In this document: positions 44,430 through 57,032 of the stretch, in pieces | How the letters are laid out: each line of letters opens with the position of its first letter | How positions within the stretch are numbered: the stretch's first letter is position 1 | Assembly (NCBI GenBank): GCA_963793075.1 | Contig: CAWBYO010000005.1 | Coordinates: forward strand, 648,471-712,470 | Origin: an uncultured Alphaproteobacteria bacterium | Lineage (GTDB): Bacteria; Pseudomonadota; Alphaproteobacteria; Rhizobiales; Methyloligellaceae | Reading direction: 5' to 3' | Length of the DNA stretch: 64,000 nucleotides | Translations under genes and position numbers: made by a program | Notes under the pieces: generated by a model | Seen by the model: only the letters and a program-made list of their open reading frames with translations | The model's database searches: none | What the model was told of the DNA's origin: nothing

Positions 44430-45973
44430 ATGCCGGGGTTAGTCGTTTTTCTGCATGGCTTGGGGGAGATCAAAACTCATGGGGCGCGGTACCAGATTTG
44501 TGCGGAATTCGCCGCTGGGGAATGATTTCGAGGTCGCCTCCACACCCGAATACAGCGCTTCGCTTTGGTCGCCTTCGACGATTGAGACAAGCGCTCAGCA
44601 AATTCTGACACTTATCCAAACGAGGTTCCCTGACCACGACCCGATTTTTATTGTTGGTCATAGTCTGGGGGGGGGGCTAGTTGCACGTGAGATAAGCCGA
44701 CAGTTATTGCTATCCGGCCCTGATGCGCTGCTAAATAAGATTCCTGCCGTCATCACAGTAGGAACGCCTTTGGAGGGAGCGAAATTTGGAAACTTCATTC
44801 TCAGCGTACTCTGCTCCTCTCCAAAAAAATCCGACAACTTGCATCACCGAAATATGCCTTTGATGATTACGGCAGGCGATACGTAAGGCAGCGAAAAGAA
44901 AAGTCCGTCGCCCGAAACAGCTTCACATCCAAATTGAGGATGACCAAGTCATTAAGGGGCACATTGAGGGCCACTTCACCGAGGATGATATCGCTGCAGA
45001 TGTTGTTCCAAGAAGCCATACGAACTTCGCCGAACGGAACGAAGACGCATCCTACGTTGCGGAAGTTCTGCTAAGGCATCTGCGTAAGGCGCACATTGCC
45101 GTCAGTCGTCCCAACATAAAGGCGCCCGAACCGGCGGCCGGAGTCGAGCTACCGATCGGTTGGTGCTCATAGCTTGCTCGCGTGGAAAACGTGACGGCGG
45201 AGCCAGTCCTTTCGCCGGCCCCGCGCCGGTGGGTTGGATACCACAGCCCGACTTGAGACAGAGGGTCATCTCTAAATCGTCATACGTTTATAGCTTGATA
45301 CGCGATGCGAAGCTCGCCGATGGATTTGAGCGAGGGGGCAATCGTGCGCATCAGCCCGCAAACACCGACCTGAAGCATGGGCCAGACTTAGGCGGTGTGT
45401 CGGTCGCTGGGGAGGAAGGCTCCTACCTTCTGCATGGCAGCGATACAATGGGCGTTTCTACGTTCCGGTAAGTGATGCGGCCTGGGAAGCGCTGCCACAA
45501 GCGCGAGAGCAGTTCCGAATCCTAATTATGTCCGGCCTTTATGAACTGTATTGAGCCAGAAGAGTGGATTTAAAACTACGACGTACATCTTACGGATTTG
45601 GATGAAGACAGCGGACAGTCCGTTTCCTCAATGTGGACCGAGCTTTTCACAGGGTGCTTGAATTTATGTTCGTAACGCCTACCGAAACCGAAAGGTCAAA
45701 GTGTTCAATTTGCTCTGTGATCACCATTACGTTGATGCGGTGCAATGGCACGCGCTTTCGCGCAATTGCTCGGTTTTTCACTTGGCGTCTCCAACTCTCA
45801 ATGACATCGATCTCCTTCCTCCGGCCGGGCTCATCCTGAATTCTTTCTTGCTTGATCCTGACCGTTTGGAAGGGCTCAACGCGATACTGTCACTTACCCA
45901 CTGTCTGATTTTGGGCTCCCCCTCCCAAATTGGCTGGCACCGAGGTCATTTTCGAAGTTTCGGGTTGGGCTGA
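44430..45973 (+). pseudogene. Alpha/beta-hydrolase fused to a YaaA/DUF328-like domain; disrupted
   Basis: GGGAGG RBS; VFLHGLGG..SWG, GHSLGG, VGTPLEGA, EDDQV, SHTNF; then LIACSRGK, AWQRYNGRFY, ILIMSGLY, EPEEWI*NYDVHL; several indels and an in-frame TAA. Confidence 0.72.
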
Positions 45974-45994
45974 GCAAGCGTTGAGCGGCAGCAG

Positions 45995-47054
45995 GTGCGC
46001 AAGAGCGTCTCGAGTGTCCACCGAAGGTCCAAGCCGTTCGTGTGGCTTGGGCAGAGCGTGGACACTAGTGCCCTTTGCGCGCGACATGCCGAGCTGCGGC
46101 GCGCGCCGCTACTAACGAGCCTGGGGTGTGCGATCCGCAAACCGACTCTCGCAAAATCTCACTTCAATAAGACATTGCGAAGCGCGCTGGGCGCAACGGG
46201 TCCACTCATGCTGGATTCTGGCGGATTTGTGCTCTCCAAAAAACCAAACGCTAGATGGAGCGTGAAGTGTGTCGGAGACCTGGAATTGAAAGAGCTGACG
46301 CGGACATCTTTGTGACCTTGGACCTTCCGCCAAGCACGAATGAACTCTGCCACCGACAGAAAACAGAAGATCAGCCGATCGATGAGGAACTTTCGTATCT
46401 TACGCGAGAGATTTCCAAGCAAGACTATGATGCCGGTGGTGCATGGTCGGACTAGAAGAGAATTGGAGCTTTCGATACGGCTTCTCGTAAAGAAGAGACG
46501 CGTCAACGCTTGACTGGGTAGGCCTCGGCGAAGTTGTTCCGCTTCTTCAGCGCCGACATACGAGAGACCTTACCGAGCAGCCTGAAAGTTTTCATTGCGA
46601 CAGCTTTGATTGCATGCGCACTGCGTTTCCCGACTCAAAAATTCATGTTTTCGGCGCTGGTGGAGCTCGGACATTTCCTGCTGTCTTTGCACTTGGTGCT
46701 GATTAGGGGCCTGAACTCGATCCGGTGGCGACAAGCAGCCGGATACGGATCGATATTCTTACCTCTGAAGAGCCAACGGGTGGTGAAGTGGAATGGGGAG
46801 AAGAGACCACCCAGAAAACTGCTTGGACGATAGCGACCTTGCTCAAATCGAGCAGTGTCAATGCCCAATTTGCAGGGGTAAATCAGTAGCTCAACGGCTC
46901 GATGCGACTTAAGTCGATCATTTCTATGAACGGTCGATCCATAACGCATGGACTTTGTTGCATCAGGTAGTATTGGCCCCGTTCTCGTGATGCCCTTCTC
47001 CGGGCAATTTCAAATGGGGCTCCTGGAGCCAATCGGGCCAAGGCAGTCGGGTAA
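45995..47054 (+). pseudogene. tRNA-guanine transglycosylase (TGT/DpdA)-fold protein; disrupted
   Basis: MLDSGGF, TLDLPP, MPVVHG, WVGLG, HVFGAG, SIRWRQAAGYGSIFLP, CQCPIC and RSIHNA Zn-site motifs in TGT order across frames. Confidence 0.78.
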
Positions 47055-47060
47055 TAGCAA

Positions 47061-49976
<2,916 letters not shown>

Positions 49977-50073
49977 GCTGTTAGGCAATGTCGGGGGGAA
50001 AGGGCCGCTTCGCAAGCCTTAGCCGCCAAAGGGTTGCGCGGCAAGGGCAGGGGACGGTGTGCGGCGTTGTCCC

Positions 50074-50955
50074 TCACTCCCCGGCCACGAGATCGAGCAT
50101 GGCCCGGCCGGCATTGCTCAGATGCCGCTCAGCGTGGCGCAGCACGGAGAATGCCCGCGCCGGCAGAACGAAGGGCACGGTTTGCAAGCGTCCCGCGTCG
50201 ATCCCGGGCCTCGCCACCAGCTCCGAGACCATGGCCGCGCCCGCGCCCTCTTCGACGGCGGCGCGCACGGCCTCGTTGGAGGGAAGCTCCAACCCGATCT
50301 TCAACCGGTCGGGGGTCAGCCGGACACGGCGCATCGCCTGCATGAACTCCGATCTTGTGCCGGAGCCCTCTTCGCGCACGATCCAGGTGAGGCGTGCGAG
50401 ATCGGCAGACCCCCACGTGGCGCCGTGGGCAATATCGGCGTCGCTGCTCATGATGATCACGAGCTGGTCCCGGCCGACGGTCCGCTGCAGGAGGTCCGGT
50501 TGTTCGACCTGACCCTCGACGAAGCCCAGTTCCGCATCGCCGGCCCGCACCGCACGCGCCACCCCCGCCGTGTTCGACATCGAGACATGGGTCACGATCC
50601 CCGGATGGGCGGCCCGGAAGCGGACGAGCCGCTGCGGCAGCCAGTAGCTGGCGATCGTCTGGCTGGCGTGGATATGCAGGCTGCCGCGCTGCAGCCCCGA
50701 CAGCTCCGACAGGGCGAGCTCCGCCGATGCCACCCGGGCGAGAATGCCGCGCGCCTCGCCGAGAAACAGGCGTCCGGCTTCGTTGAGCGCGATGCCCCGC
50801 CCGATGCGGTCGAACATCTCCACGTCATGCTGGGCCTCCAGCGCCTTCACCGCGGCGCTGACCGCGGACTGCGTGAGGCTGAGCGCCTGCGCCGCGCGGG
50901 TGACGTGCTCGCGTTCGGCCACGGCGATGAAAATGCGGAGTTGCTCGAGGGTCAT
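50074..50955 (-). CDS. LysR-family transcriptional regulator (CysL/YeiE-like)
   Basis: MTLEQLRIF..HVTRAAQAL.LTQSAVS HTH, ASQTIASYWLP, REEGSGTR, LPSNEAV. Confidence 0.92.
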   Translation of the reverse strand: MTLEQLRIFIAVAEREHVTRAAQALSLTQSAVSAAVKALEAQHDVEMFDRIGRGIALNEAGRLFLGEARGILARVASAELALSELSGLQRGSLHIHASQTIASYWLPQRLVRFRAAHPGIVTHVSMSNTAGVARAVRAGDAELGFVEGQVEQPDLLQRTVGRDQLVIIMSSDADIAHGATWGSADLARLTWIVREEGSGTRSEFMQAMRRVRLTPDRLKIGLELPSNEAVRAAVEEGAGAAMVSELVARPGIDAGRLQTVPFVLPARAFSVLRHAERHLSNAGRAMLDLVAGE

Positions 50956-50972
50956 GGCGGTCTCGCGGACTA

Positions 50973-51018
50973 ATCGATGGAACAGATCAATACGACATAA
51001 ACAATCTGTTGGAACGAT
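50973..51018. promoter_or_regulatory. Two LysR-type ATC-N9-GAT boxes in the divergent promoter
   Basis: ATCGATGGAACAGAT (50973-50987) and ATCTGTTGGAACGAT (51004-51018), each containing T-N11-A. Confidence 0.6.
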
Positions 51019-51074
51019 CAATAGCGCGCACCTAGTTATGAGCAGACGGATCTTGCGGCGGAATGGAGCGAAGA

Positions 51075-52226
51075 ATGGCCGGTCTTGCTCTGGTAAAACG
51101 GGACGCGGTGCGCCAGTTCACACCGAATTGGTTTGCGGCAACCATGGGCACGGGCGTTCTGGCGCTGGCCTTGGCGCAATTCCCCGGCGACGTGCCGGGG
51201 TTGCGCACAGCCGGCGAAGCGCTGTGGCTCGTCAATATCGGCCTCTTCCTCCTGTTCTCCGGGCTCTACGCGACGCGCTGGATCCTCTATTTCGACGAGG
51301 CGCGCAGAATCTTCGACCATCCCGTCGTGTCGATGTTCTTCGGCTGCATTCCCATGGGCCTCGCGACCATCCTCAACGGGTTTCTCGTCTTCGGGCTGGC
51401 CCGGTTCGGCTCGGTTGCCATCGAAATCGCTTATGTTCTGTGGTGGCTGGATGCCGCCATGGCGATCGCCTGCGGCATCCTCATTCCCTTCATGATGTTC
51501 ACGCGCCAGAGCCACAGCATGGAGCAGATGACGGCGGTGTGGCTGCTGCCCGTGGTGGCCGCGGAGGTGGCGGCGGTGAGCGGCGGGTTGCTGGCGCCAC
51601 ATCTCGCCGATGGACATCTGCAATTGACCGTGCTGGTCACGAGCTATGTGCTGTGGGCCTGTTCGGTGCCGCTGGCGATGAGCATCGTGGTGATCCTCGT
51701 GCTGCGCATGGCGCTGCACAGCCTGCCGCCCGCCAGCATGGCGTCGTCGAGCTGGCTGGCGCTCGGACCGATTGGGACGGCGAGCCTCGGCCTCTTGGTG
51801 CTCGGCGCGGCCGCGCCGGAGATCCTGGCCGAGAACGGTCTCGGGGCCTATGCCGACGCCGCCAAAGGCATCGGCTTCGTCGGCGCCTTACTGTTGTGGG
51901 GCTATGGCCTGTGGTGGTTCGCCATGGCCAGCCTGATCACGTGGCGCTATCTGCGCGAGGGACTTCCCTTCAATATCGGCTGGTGGGGTTACACCTTCCC
52001 GCTCGGCGTCTACGCGCTTTGCACGTTGCGGCTTCATGCGGTGCTGCCGATGGGCGCGCTAGCCGTTTTCGGGGCGGGGCTGATCATGGCCCTGGCCGCG
52101 CTCTGGTTGGTCGTCGGCGCGCGCACTCTGGCGGGCGCATGGCGCGGCGATCTCTTTGTCGCGCCTTGCCTCAACGAGCCGAGCGCGACCGATACCTTCC
52201 GTGGCAGCCCGTTGGCGGCCTCGTAA
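51075..52226 (+). CDS. TDT-family transporter (tellurite/dicarboxylate/sulfite efflux)
   Basis: FTPNWFAATMGTG, MFFGCIPMGLAT, TAVWLLPVVA, WLALGPIG, GWWGYTFPLGV. Confidence 0.92.
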   Translation: MAGLALVKRDAVRQFTPNWFAATMGTGVLALALAQFPGDVPGLRTAGEALWLVNIGLFLLFSGLYATRWILYFDEARRIFDHPVVSMFFGCIPMGLATILNGFLVFGLARFGSVAIEIAYVLWWLDAAMAIACGILIPFMMFTRQSHSMEQMTAVWLLPVVAAEVAAVSGGLLAPHLADGHLQLTVLVTSYVLWACSVPLAMSIVVILVLRMALHSLPPASMASSSWLALGPIGTASLGLLVLGAAAPEILAENGLGAYADAAKGIGFVGALLLWGYGLWWFAMASLITWRYLREGLPFNIGWWGYTFPLGVYALCTLRLHAVLPMGALAVFGAGLIMALAALWLVVGARTLAGAWRGDLFVAPCLNEPSATDTFRGSPLAAS

Positions 52227-52245
52227 GTCTCAAACACCGAAACGC

Positions 52246-53811
52246 CTAAATGAGCGCGAGCTTCTTGAGGCGCGAGCTTATGGCGCCCGGCTTGCGGCCG
52301 AGGCCCGCGGCAATGGCGCCCACGGTCTCGCCCGCCTGATGGCGGCGCCTGAGGTCGCGCTCCTCGTCCTCGGTCCACGGCGCATAGGCCTTGCCATGGC
52401 TCTGCCGGAGCTCGGCCACGTCGTAGCTCTTGGCCGCCGAGGCCTCTGTGGCGCGCCCACCGCAGTCCTCCAGAAACGCCGCCTGCCGCCGGGCCAACTC
52501 GTCCGCCCCAAGCGCCGCCAAAGCGTCGAGCGCATCGTCGGAGGCGTCGCGGAATTCTGCATCCTTCTCGATCGCTTGCGGGTGGACGTGCAGGGCCCGC
52601 TCGTTCAGTCCCAAGAGAGACAGGCCCGCCAGGCTGCGCAGGCGCGACAGGGCCACATAGCCTTGGCCGTATTCGAAGGCGCGGCTGAGGTCGATCACGG
52701 CGGAGTCGAGCGACATGCCCTGGCTCTTATGCACGGTGATGGCCCAAGCCAGCCGCAGCGGCACTTGCGTGACGGATGCGCGCTCCGTGCCGTTTTCCTC
52801 GATCTTCCAGGTAACCGGCTCGGCCACGATGCGCTTGCCGGTTCGCGTGCGCACCACCGGCGCGCCGGTTTCCGGATCGAAGTCCTCGACGATCCCGAGC
52901 GTGCCGTTGACGTAGCGTCCGGCCGGATCGTTCTTGGTGAACATCACCACGGCGTCTTGCTTGAGGTCGAGCCGGTCCGGCGACAGGCAGCCGCGCTTCA
53001 GCGCATCGATGGAGTGCGGCGGACCCTTGCCGGTCATGGGGAATTGCCGCGTCTCGCCTGCGAGCTTGGCCAATTGCTGCTGGTTGATCTCGTCCACCGC
53101 GGCGTTATGGGTGAACAGCCGCGTGCGGCTCGCCGGCAGCTGGTCGCGATCGACCATTCGCGCGGCCAGGAGCTCACGATGGATGCCGGTGCAGGCATTG
53201 GCGCGGATGGCGTCGAGCAGGTCGAGAAAGTGCTCGTCGTCCTGCCGGTGCTGCTCCGACAGATAGCAGACCGTGGGATCGAGATCCCGCCAGGCGGCCG
53301 AAGCATGGGCAAACTCCGCGCCGAAGCCGTCGTCGGCCAGGTCGAGCATGCCGTGTTCGTCCTGCCGGCGGCGAACCACGGGCGGCAGCTGAAAGAAGTC
53401 GCCGACCAAGACCACCTGCATGCCGCCGAACGGCGCGTTGGTCGCCCGGATATGCCGGCAGACCATGTCGGCCAGGGTCAGGGAACGCGCCGGCAGCATC
53501 GAAATCTCGTCGATGATCAGCACGCTGGTCTTTTCGATGCGGGCGGCCAGCCGGCGATTGGCGGCGAGGATGTCGAGGTCGCGCCTTGTCAGCGTGTCGC
53601 GCACGCCAATGCCGCTCCACGCATGGATGGTGACGCCATGGCCGTGGGTGGCGGCGATGCCGGTCGAGGCGGTATAGGCGACGTCGACGCCCGACCGCGC
53701 CAGGTCCCGGAGATAGCGGTTGACCGTGTGGGTCTTGCCGCTGCCGGGCTGGCCGGTGAGGAAGATGCTGGCTCCGGTCTTGAGCAGCGCCAGCGCCTCG
53801 TCTTGGGTCAT
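52246..53811 (-). CDS. Pif1-family (SF1B) DNA helicase with C-terminal HTH
   Basis: TGQPGSGKT, ASTGIAA, TIHAWSGIG, IIDEISM, PFGGMQVVLVGDFFQLPPV, QVPLRLAWAITVHKSQGMSLD, GQGYVALSR. Confidence 0.92.
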   Translation of the reverse strand: MTQDEALALLKTGASIFLTGQPGSGKTHTVNRYLRDLARSGVDVAYTASTGIAATHGHGVTIHAWSGIGVRDTLTRRDLDILAANRRLAARIEKTSVLIIDEISMLPARSLTLADMVCRHIRATNAPFGGMQVVLVGDFFQLPPVVRRRQDEHGMLDLADDGFGAEFAHASAAWRDLDPTVCYLSEQHRQDDEHFLDLLDAIRANACTGIHRELLAARMVDRDQLPASRTRLFTHNAAVDEINQQQLAKLAGETRQFPMTGKGPPHSIDALKRGCLSPDRLDLKQDAVVMFTKNDPAGRYVNGTLGIVEDFDPETGAPVVRTRTGKRIVAEPVTWKIEENGTERASVTQVPLRLAWAITVHKSQGMSLDSAVIDLSRAFEYGQGYVALSRLRSLAGLSLLGLNERALHVHPQAIEKDAEFRDASDDALDALAALGADELARRQAAFLEDCGGRATEASAAKSYDVAELRQSHGKAYAPWTEDEERDLRRRHQAGETVGAIAAGLGRKPGAISSRLKKLALI

Positions 53812-53899
53812 TCCGTCTCCAATCCCTGGCCGAACGGCCGTTGCCGCCGGCCAGCATAACCGATGGCGATCCCGCGAATCTCAGCGCATAGAGTGACAC

Positions 53900-54460
53900 A
53901 TGACCATGACCCGCACCCAGATCGCCATCGCCGCCGGCATCATTCTCATCGCCGCAGCGCTGCTTTACGCCATGGGCCATCCGCTCATCTGCAAATGCGG
54001 CTATGTGAAGCTCTGGCATTTCGACGTGGTGAGCGCGGAGAACTCCCAGCATCTCTTCGACTGGTACACGCCCTCGCACATCATCCACGGGTTTCTGTTC
54101 TACGCGGTGTTGTGGCTGATCGCGCCGCGCATGCCATTCGGCCAGCGGCTGATCCTGGCGGTCCTGGTCGAGGCCGGTTGGGAGGTGGTCGAGAACACGG
54201 ACTTCATCATCAACAAATACCGGGAGGCCACCGTCTCCCTCGATTATTACGGCGACAGCGTCATCAACTCGGTGAGCGACATCGGCTTCATGGTGCTCGG
54301 ATTTTTTCTTGCCGCCTGGTGGCCGGTCTGGCTGACCGTCATCGTCGCCATCGCGCTCGAGGTCTTTGTCGGCTTCATGATTCGCGACGGGCTGACCCTC
54401 AACGTCATCATGTTGGTGTGGCCGCTCGACTCCATCCTGCAATGGCAGCAGGGCAGGTGA
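53900..54460 (+). CDS. DUF2585 (UPF0314) membrane protein
   Basis: ICKCGYVKLW, NSQHLFDWYTPSHIIHG, GDSVINS.SD, IRDGLTLNV.ML. Confidence 0.9.
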   Translation: MTMTRTQIAIAAGIILIAAALLYAMGHPLICKCGYVKLWHFDVVSAENSQHLFDWYTPSHIIHGFLFYAVLWLIAPRMPFGQRLILAVLVEAGWEVVENTDFIINKYREATVSLDYYGDSVINSVSDIGFMVLGFFLAAWWPVWLTVIVAIALEVFVGFMIRDGLTLNVIMLVWPLDSILQWQQGR

Positions 54461-54466
54461 GGGCGA

Positions 54467-55078
54467 TTACAGCGGCACGCGGATGCCGAAGATCATCATC
54501 AGCATGAGCCAGGCGAAGGCGGCCACCGTCGGATAGAAGGTGAGGCCGAAGCCGAAGGCGCGCAAATACGGGTTCTTGTGGTAGCCGATCCAGAACAGGA
54601 TGCGGCCGATCACGAACAGCGCCGTCAGGATCGGCAGCGTGCGCGCTTCCGACAGCGGGCAATACATGGCGAGCCCGGCATTGGCGATGAAGAACGCGGT
54701 GAACTGCTCGAACGTGTTGAGGATGAAGCGCGTGTTGATGTCGAGCGCGGAGTTCGGCTTGGCCACGCGGCCCACCCACATATTCGGGTCGAGGCGTTGC
54801 GCGGCGACGATGCAAATGCCGAGCACGCCCGGCACGAGGGCGAAGACGGCATCCTTGATGACCAGCGCCAGGCGGTCGGCGATGCCCCAGGCCTCCGGCG
54901 TCCAGTCCCAAAGCATCTTGCCGATGCCGAAAAAGGCGGCGGCGAAAATCCAGTTGCCCACCAGCACGGCGATGAACGGCCATTGCCGTGAGGTGAAGCC
55001 GAGAGTTTTCGTGCGCGGGTCGCGCCGCTTGGGCTTCCGGCGCCCCGATGTCTGCCGCTGCTCGACGGACCGCTGCAT
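54467..55078 (-). CDS. MAPEG family membrane protein
   Basis: NTFEQF, GRILFWIGY, RAFGFGLTFYP. Confidence 0.75.
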   Translation of the reverse strand: MQRSVEQRQTSGRRKPKRRDPRTKTLGFTSRQWPFIAVLVGNWIFAAAFFGIGKMLWDWTPEAWGIADRLALVIKDAVFALVPGVLGICIVAAQRLDPNMWVGRVAKPNSALDINTRFILNTFEQFTAFFIANAGLAMYCPLSEARTLPILTALFVIGRILFWIGYHKNPYLRAFGFGLTFYPTVAAFAWLMLMMIFGIRVPL

Positions 55079-55212
55079 ATGTTCCTTCGCCCCGCGTTTC
55101 AGGCGAGCAACCCGGCCAATGCCGGACGCGCTGCCAAGACCAAACTCGATTCTCCCCTAGCCATAGGGCTCACGCCGGGAAACCTCAAGAGGGCGTCATG
55201 GTAGACGGTGAA

Positions 55213-55227
55213 GAACAAAACATGTAC
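55213..55227. promoter_or_regulatory. Alphaproteobacterial LexA (SOS) box upstream of ssb
   Basis: GAAC-AAAACAT-GTAC matches the GAAC-N7-G(A/T)AC consensus. Confidence 0.7.
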
Positions 55228-55358
55228 ATAGACATTGACGGCCCTGGCCTGTGGACAGGACCGGTGTCATCCGGATGTCGCCTGGAAGCATAGGGCTTCC
55301 GGAGGCTAGACTGCCCGCAAAGGGCATACGTGTCGCACACCCGCGGGGAGGTCGAAAT

Positions 55359-55835
55359 ATGGCCGGATCGGTCAACAAAGTCATTCTTATCGGCAATCTC
55401 GGCGCCGATCCTGAAATCCGCCATACGCAAGATGGCCGGCCCATCGTCAATCTGCGCGTCGCCACCAGCGATAGTTGGCGCGACAAGGCGACCGGCGAGC
55501 GGCGCGAGAAGACCGAGTGGCATCGTGTGGTGATCTTCAGTGAGGGCCTGGCGAAGATCGCCGAGCAATATCTGAAGAAGGGCTCCAAGGTTTATCTCGA
55601 AGGGGCGCTGCAGACGCGCAAATGGGAAGACCAGCAGGGCCAGGAGCGCTACTCCACCGAGGTCGTGCTCCAGGGCTTCAACTCCACGCTCACGATGCTC
55701 GACGGCCGCCGCGATGGCGAAGGCGCGAGCAGTGGCGGGGGCGACTTCGGCCGGTCGAAGCCATTGGCGGGTAGCGGGGCCAGCAGTGGCGGCGGCAGCT
55801 TCAACAAAGAGCTCGACGACGAGATCCCGTTCTAG
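55359..55835 (+). CDS. ssb: Single-stranded DNA-binding protein
   Basis: [28 protein letters not shown]-terminal LDDEIPF. Confidence 0.97.
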   Translation: MAGSVNKVILIGNLGADPEIRHTQDGRPIVNLRVATSDSWRDKATGERREKTEWHRVVIFSEGLAKIAEQYLKKGSKVYLEGALQTRKWEDQQGQERYSTEVVLQGFNSTLTMLDGRRDGEGASSGGGDFGRSKPLAGSGASSGGGSFNKELDDEIPF

Positions 55836-55928
55836 CGTTCCGCCGCTGACAGCCACGCAAGAAGCCCGGCCCACTATATGGCAGGGCCAGGCTTCCCGTG
55901 CGCTAGGCACCGAGGCGAGCACGTCTAA

Positions 55929-56653
55929 TTAATACGTCTCACGCTCGGACTTCTCTTTGGTCGTGTCGGCGTCGTTCAACTCGCCGACCGTCAGCTCCTG
56001 CTCGCTGAGGCGCTCGTAAGCGGGGGCGGACGCCAACATCTCACTGGTCATGTTGGCCATGACTTTGACATTCCGGTCGTCGTCACGGGCGAATTTGAGG
56101 CTGTCGAAGGGGACGGCAACATCCTTCTCGCCGAGACCGAGAAAGCCGCCGACGCCGACCAGCACAGCGACCACCTTGCCGTTCTCGTCGGTGACGAGAT
56201 CGTTGATATCGCCGATCGACTCGTTCTTGGCGTTCAGCACCGTCTTGCCGATCAAATTACTGGCGAGCCAATCGGTCGGCTCCTGCCGTACCAGAAACTG
56301 CTTACCTTCGGTCGTTGCCGCCGCCTGGTTATGCGGCGCGAGGGCGGGAGCCTCCGCGGCATCCTGAGGGATCGCATGGTCGGGCGCGATCGACTTCGGC
56401 GCCTCGGACGCCTTCATCGGCGGCGTGGCATCGCCGTTAGATGGCGACATCTCCGAAGACTGGTCCGGGATGGGCGTGCCCGGCACGTCTGGGTCGGCGG
56501 GCACAGCCTCCGGCGGCATCGTTTCGACGGCATGGCCGGTTGCTGCATGGCAGGGGGTGCCTGGCTCTCGTCGGCCGGCATATTGGTCTCAGCCAAGGCC
56601 GGGGTGAGGCCCATGAACAGGCCGATGGCCGTGCAGGTCAGTAGATGTTTCAT
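55929..56653 (-). CDS. Exported PRC-barrel domain protein; frameshifted
   Basis: Signal peptide MKHLLTCTAIG..ALA; LASNLIG..V.N...ESIGDINDLV, GVGGFLGLGEKDVAV. Confidence 0.88.
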
Positions 56654-57032
56654 GGCTTCTCTCCTCGTGGTTGCGGTCGAACTGGCGCGAAACGCGCCAC
56701 GAAAAATGGGGCGGCGAGGGTCAAACGCCGCCGTACCACAACAACGTCACGAGCGACTCGATCGTTCCGAGCGAACTGCGCAAAGGGGGCTTTCGCGGGG
56801 GCGTCAATTCGCGCATTTCGGCGCCCGTCACAGCGCAATCTAAGTGATTGATCTGTTTAGAAAAAACAAACGCGTCTAAGCCCCCATGATTGGTTGCGGA
56901 AGGGGGCTAAAATCAGCTATAGAAAACCGACTCCACGAGCGCGTTCGATCTCACGTGGGAGGCATTGCGTCCCTCTCGCGCTGAAGCGTTTATGCCGGGG
57001 TCTGACGATTTCTGAGAAGGCGTTTTCCCTCA

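Noticed and set aside
45995-47054. Calling the TGT-fold gene the housekeeping tgt or a canonical dpdA
   Set aside because: It lacks the TPxFMPVGT and NTYHL motifs of bacterial Tgt, and no dpdB-K or que genes are in the window, so no symbol was assigned.
52156-53859. Long antisense or alternative-frame ORFs (e.g. 52156-53859 +, 6003-7292 -, 36093-37625 -, 34361-36340 - extension)
   Set aside because: Shadow ORFs expected from high-GC codon bias; they overlap well-supported genes and have R/A/G-rich, motif-free translations.
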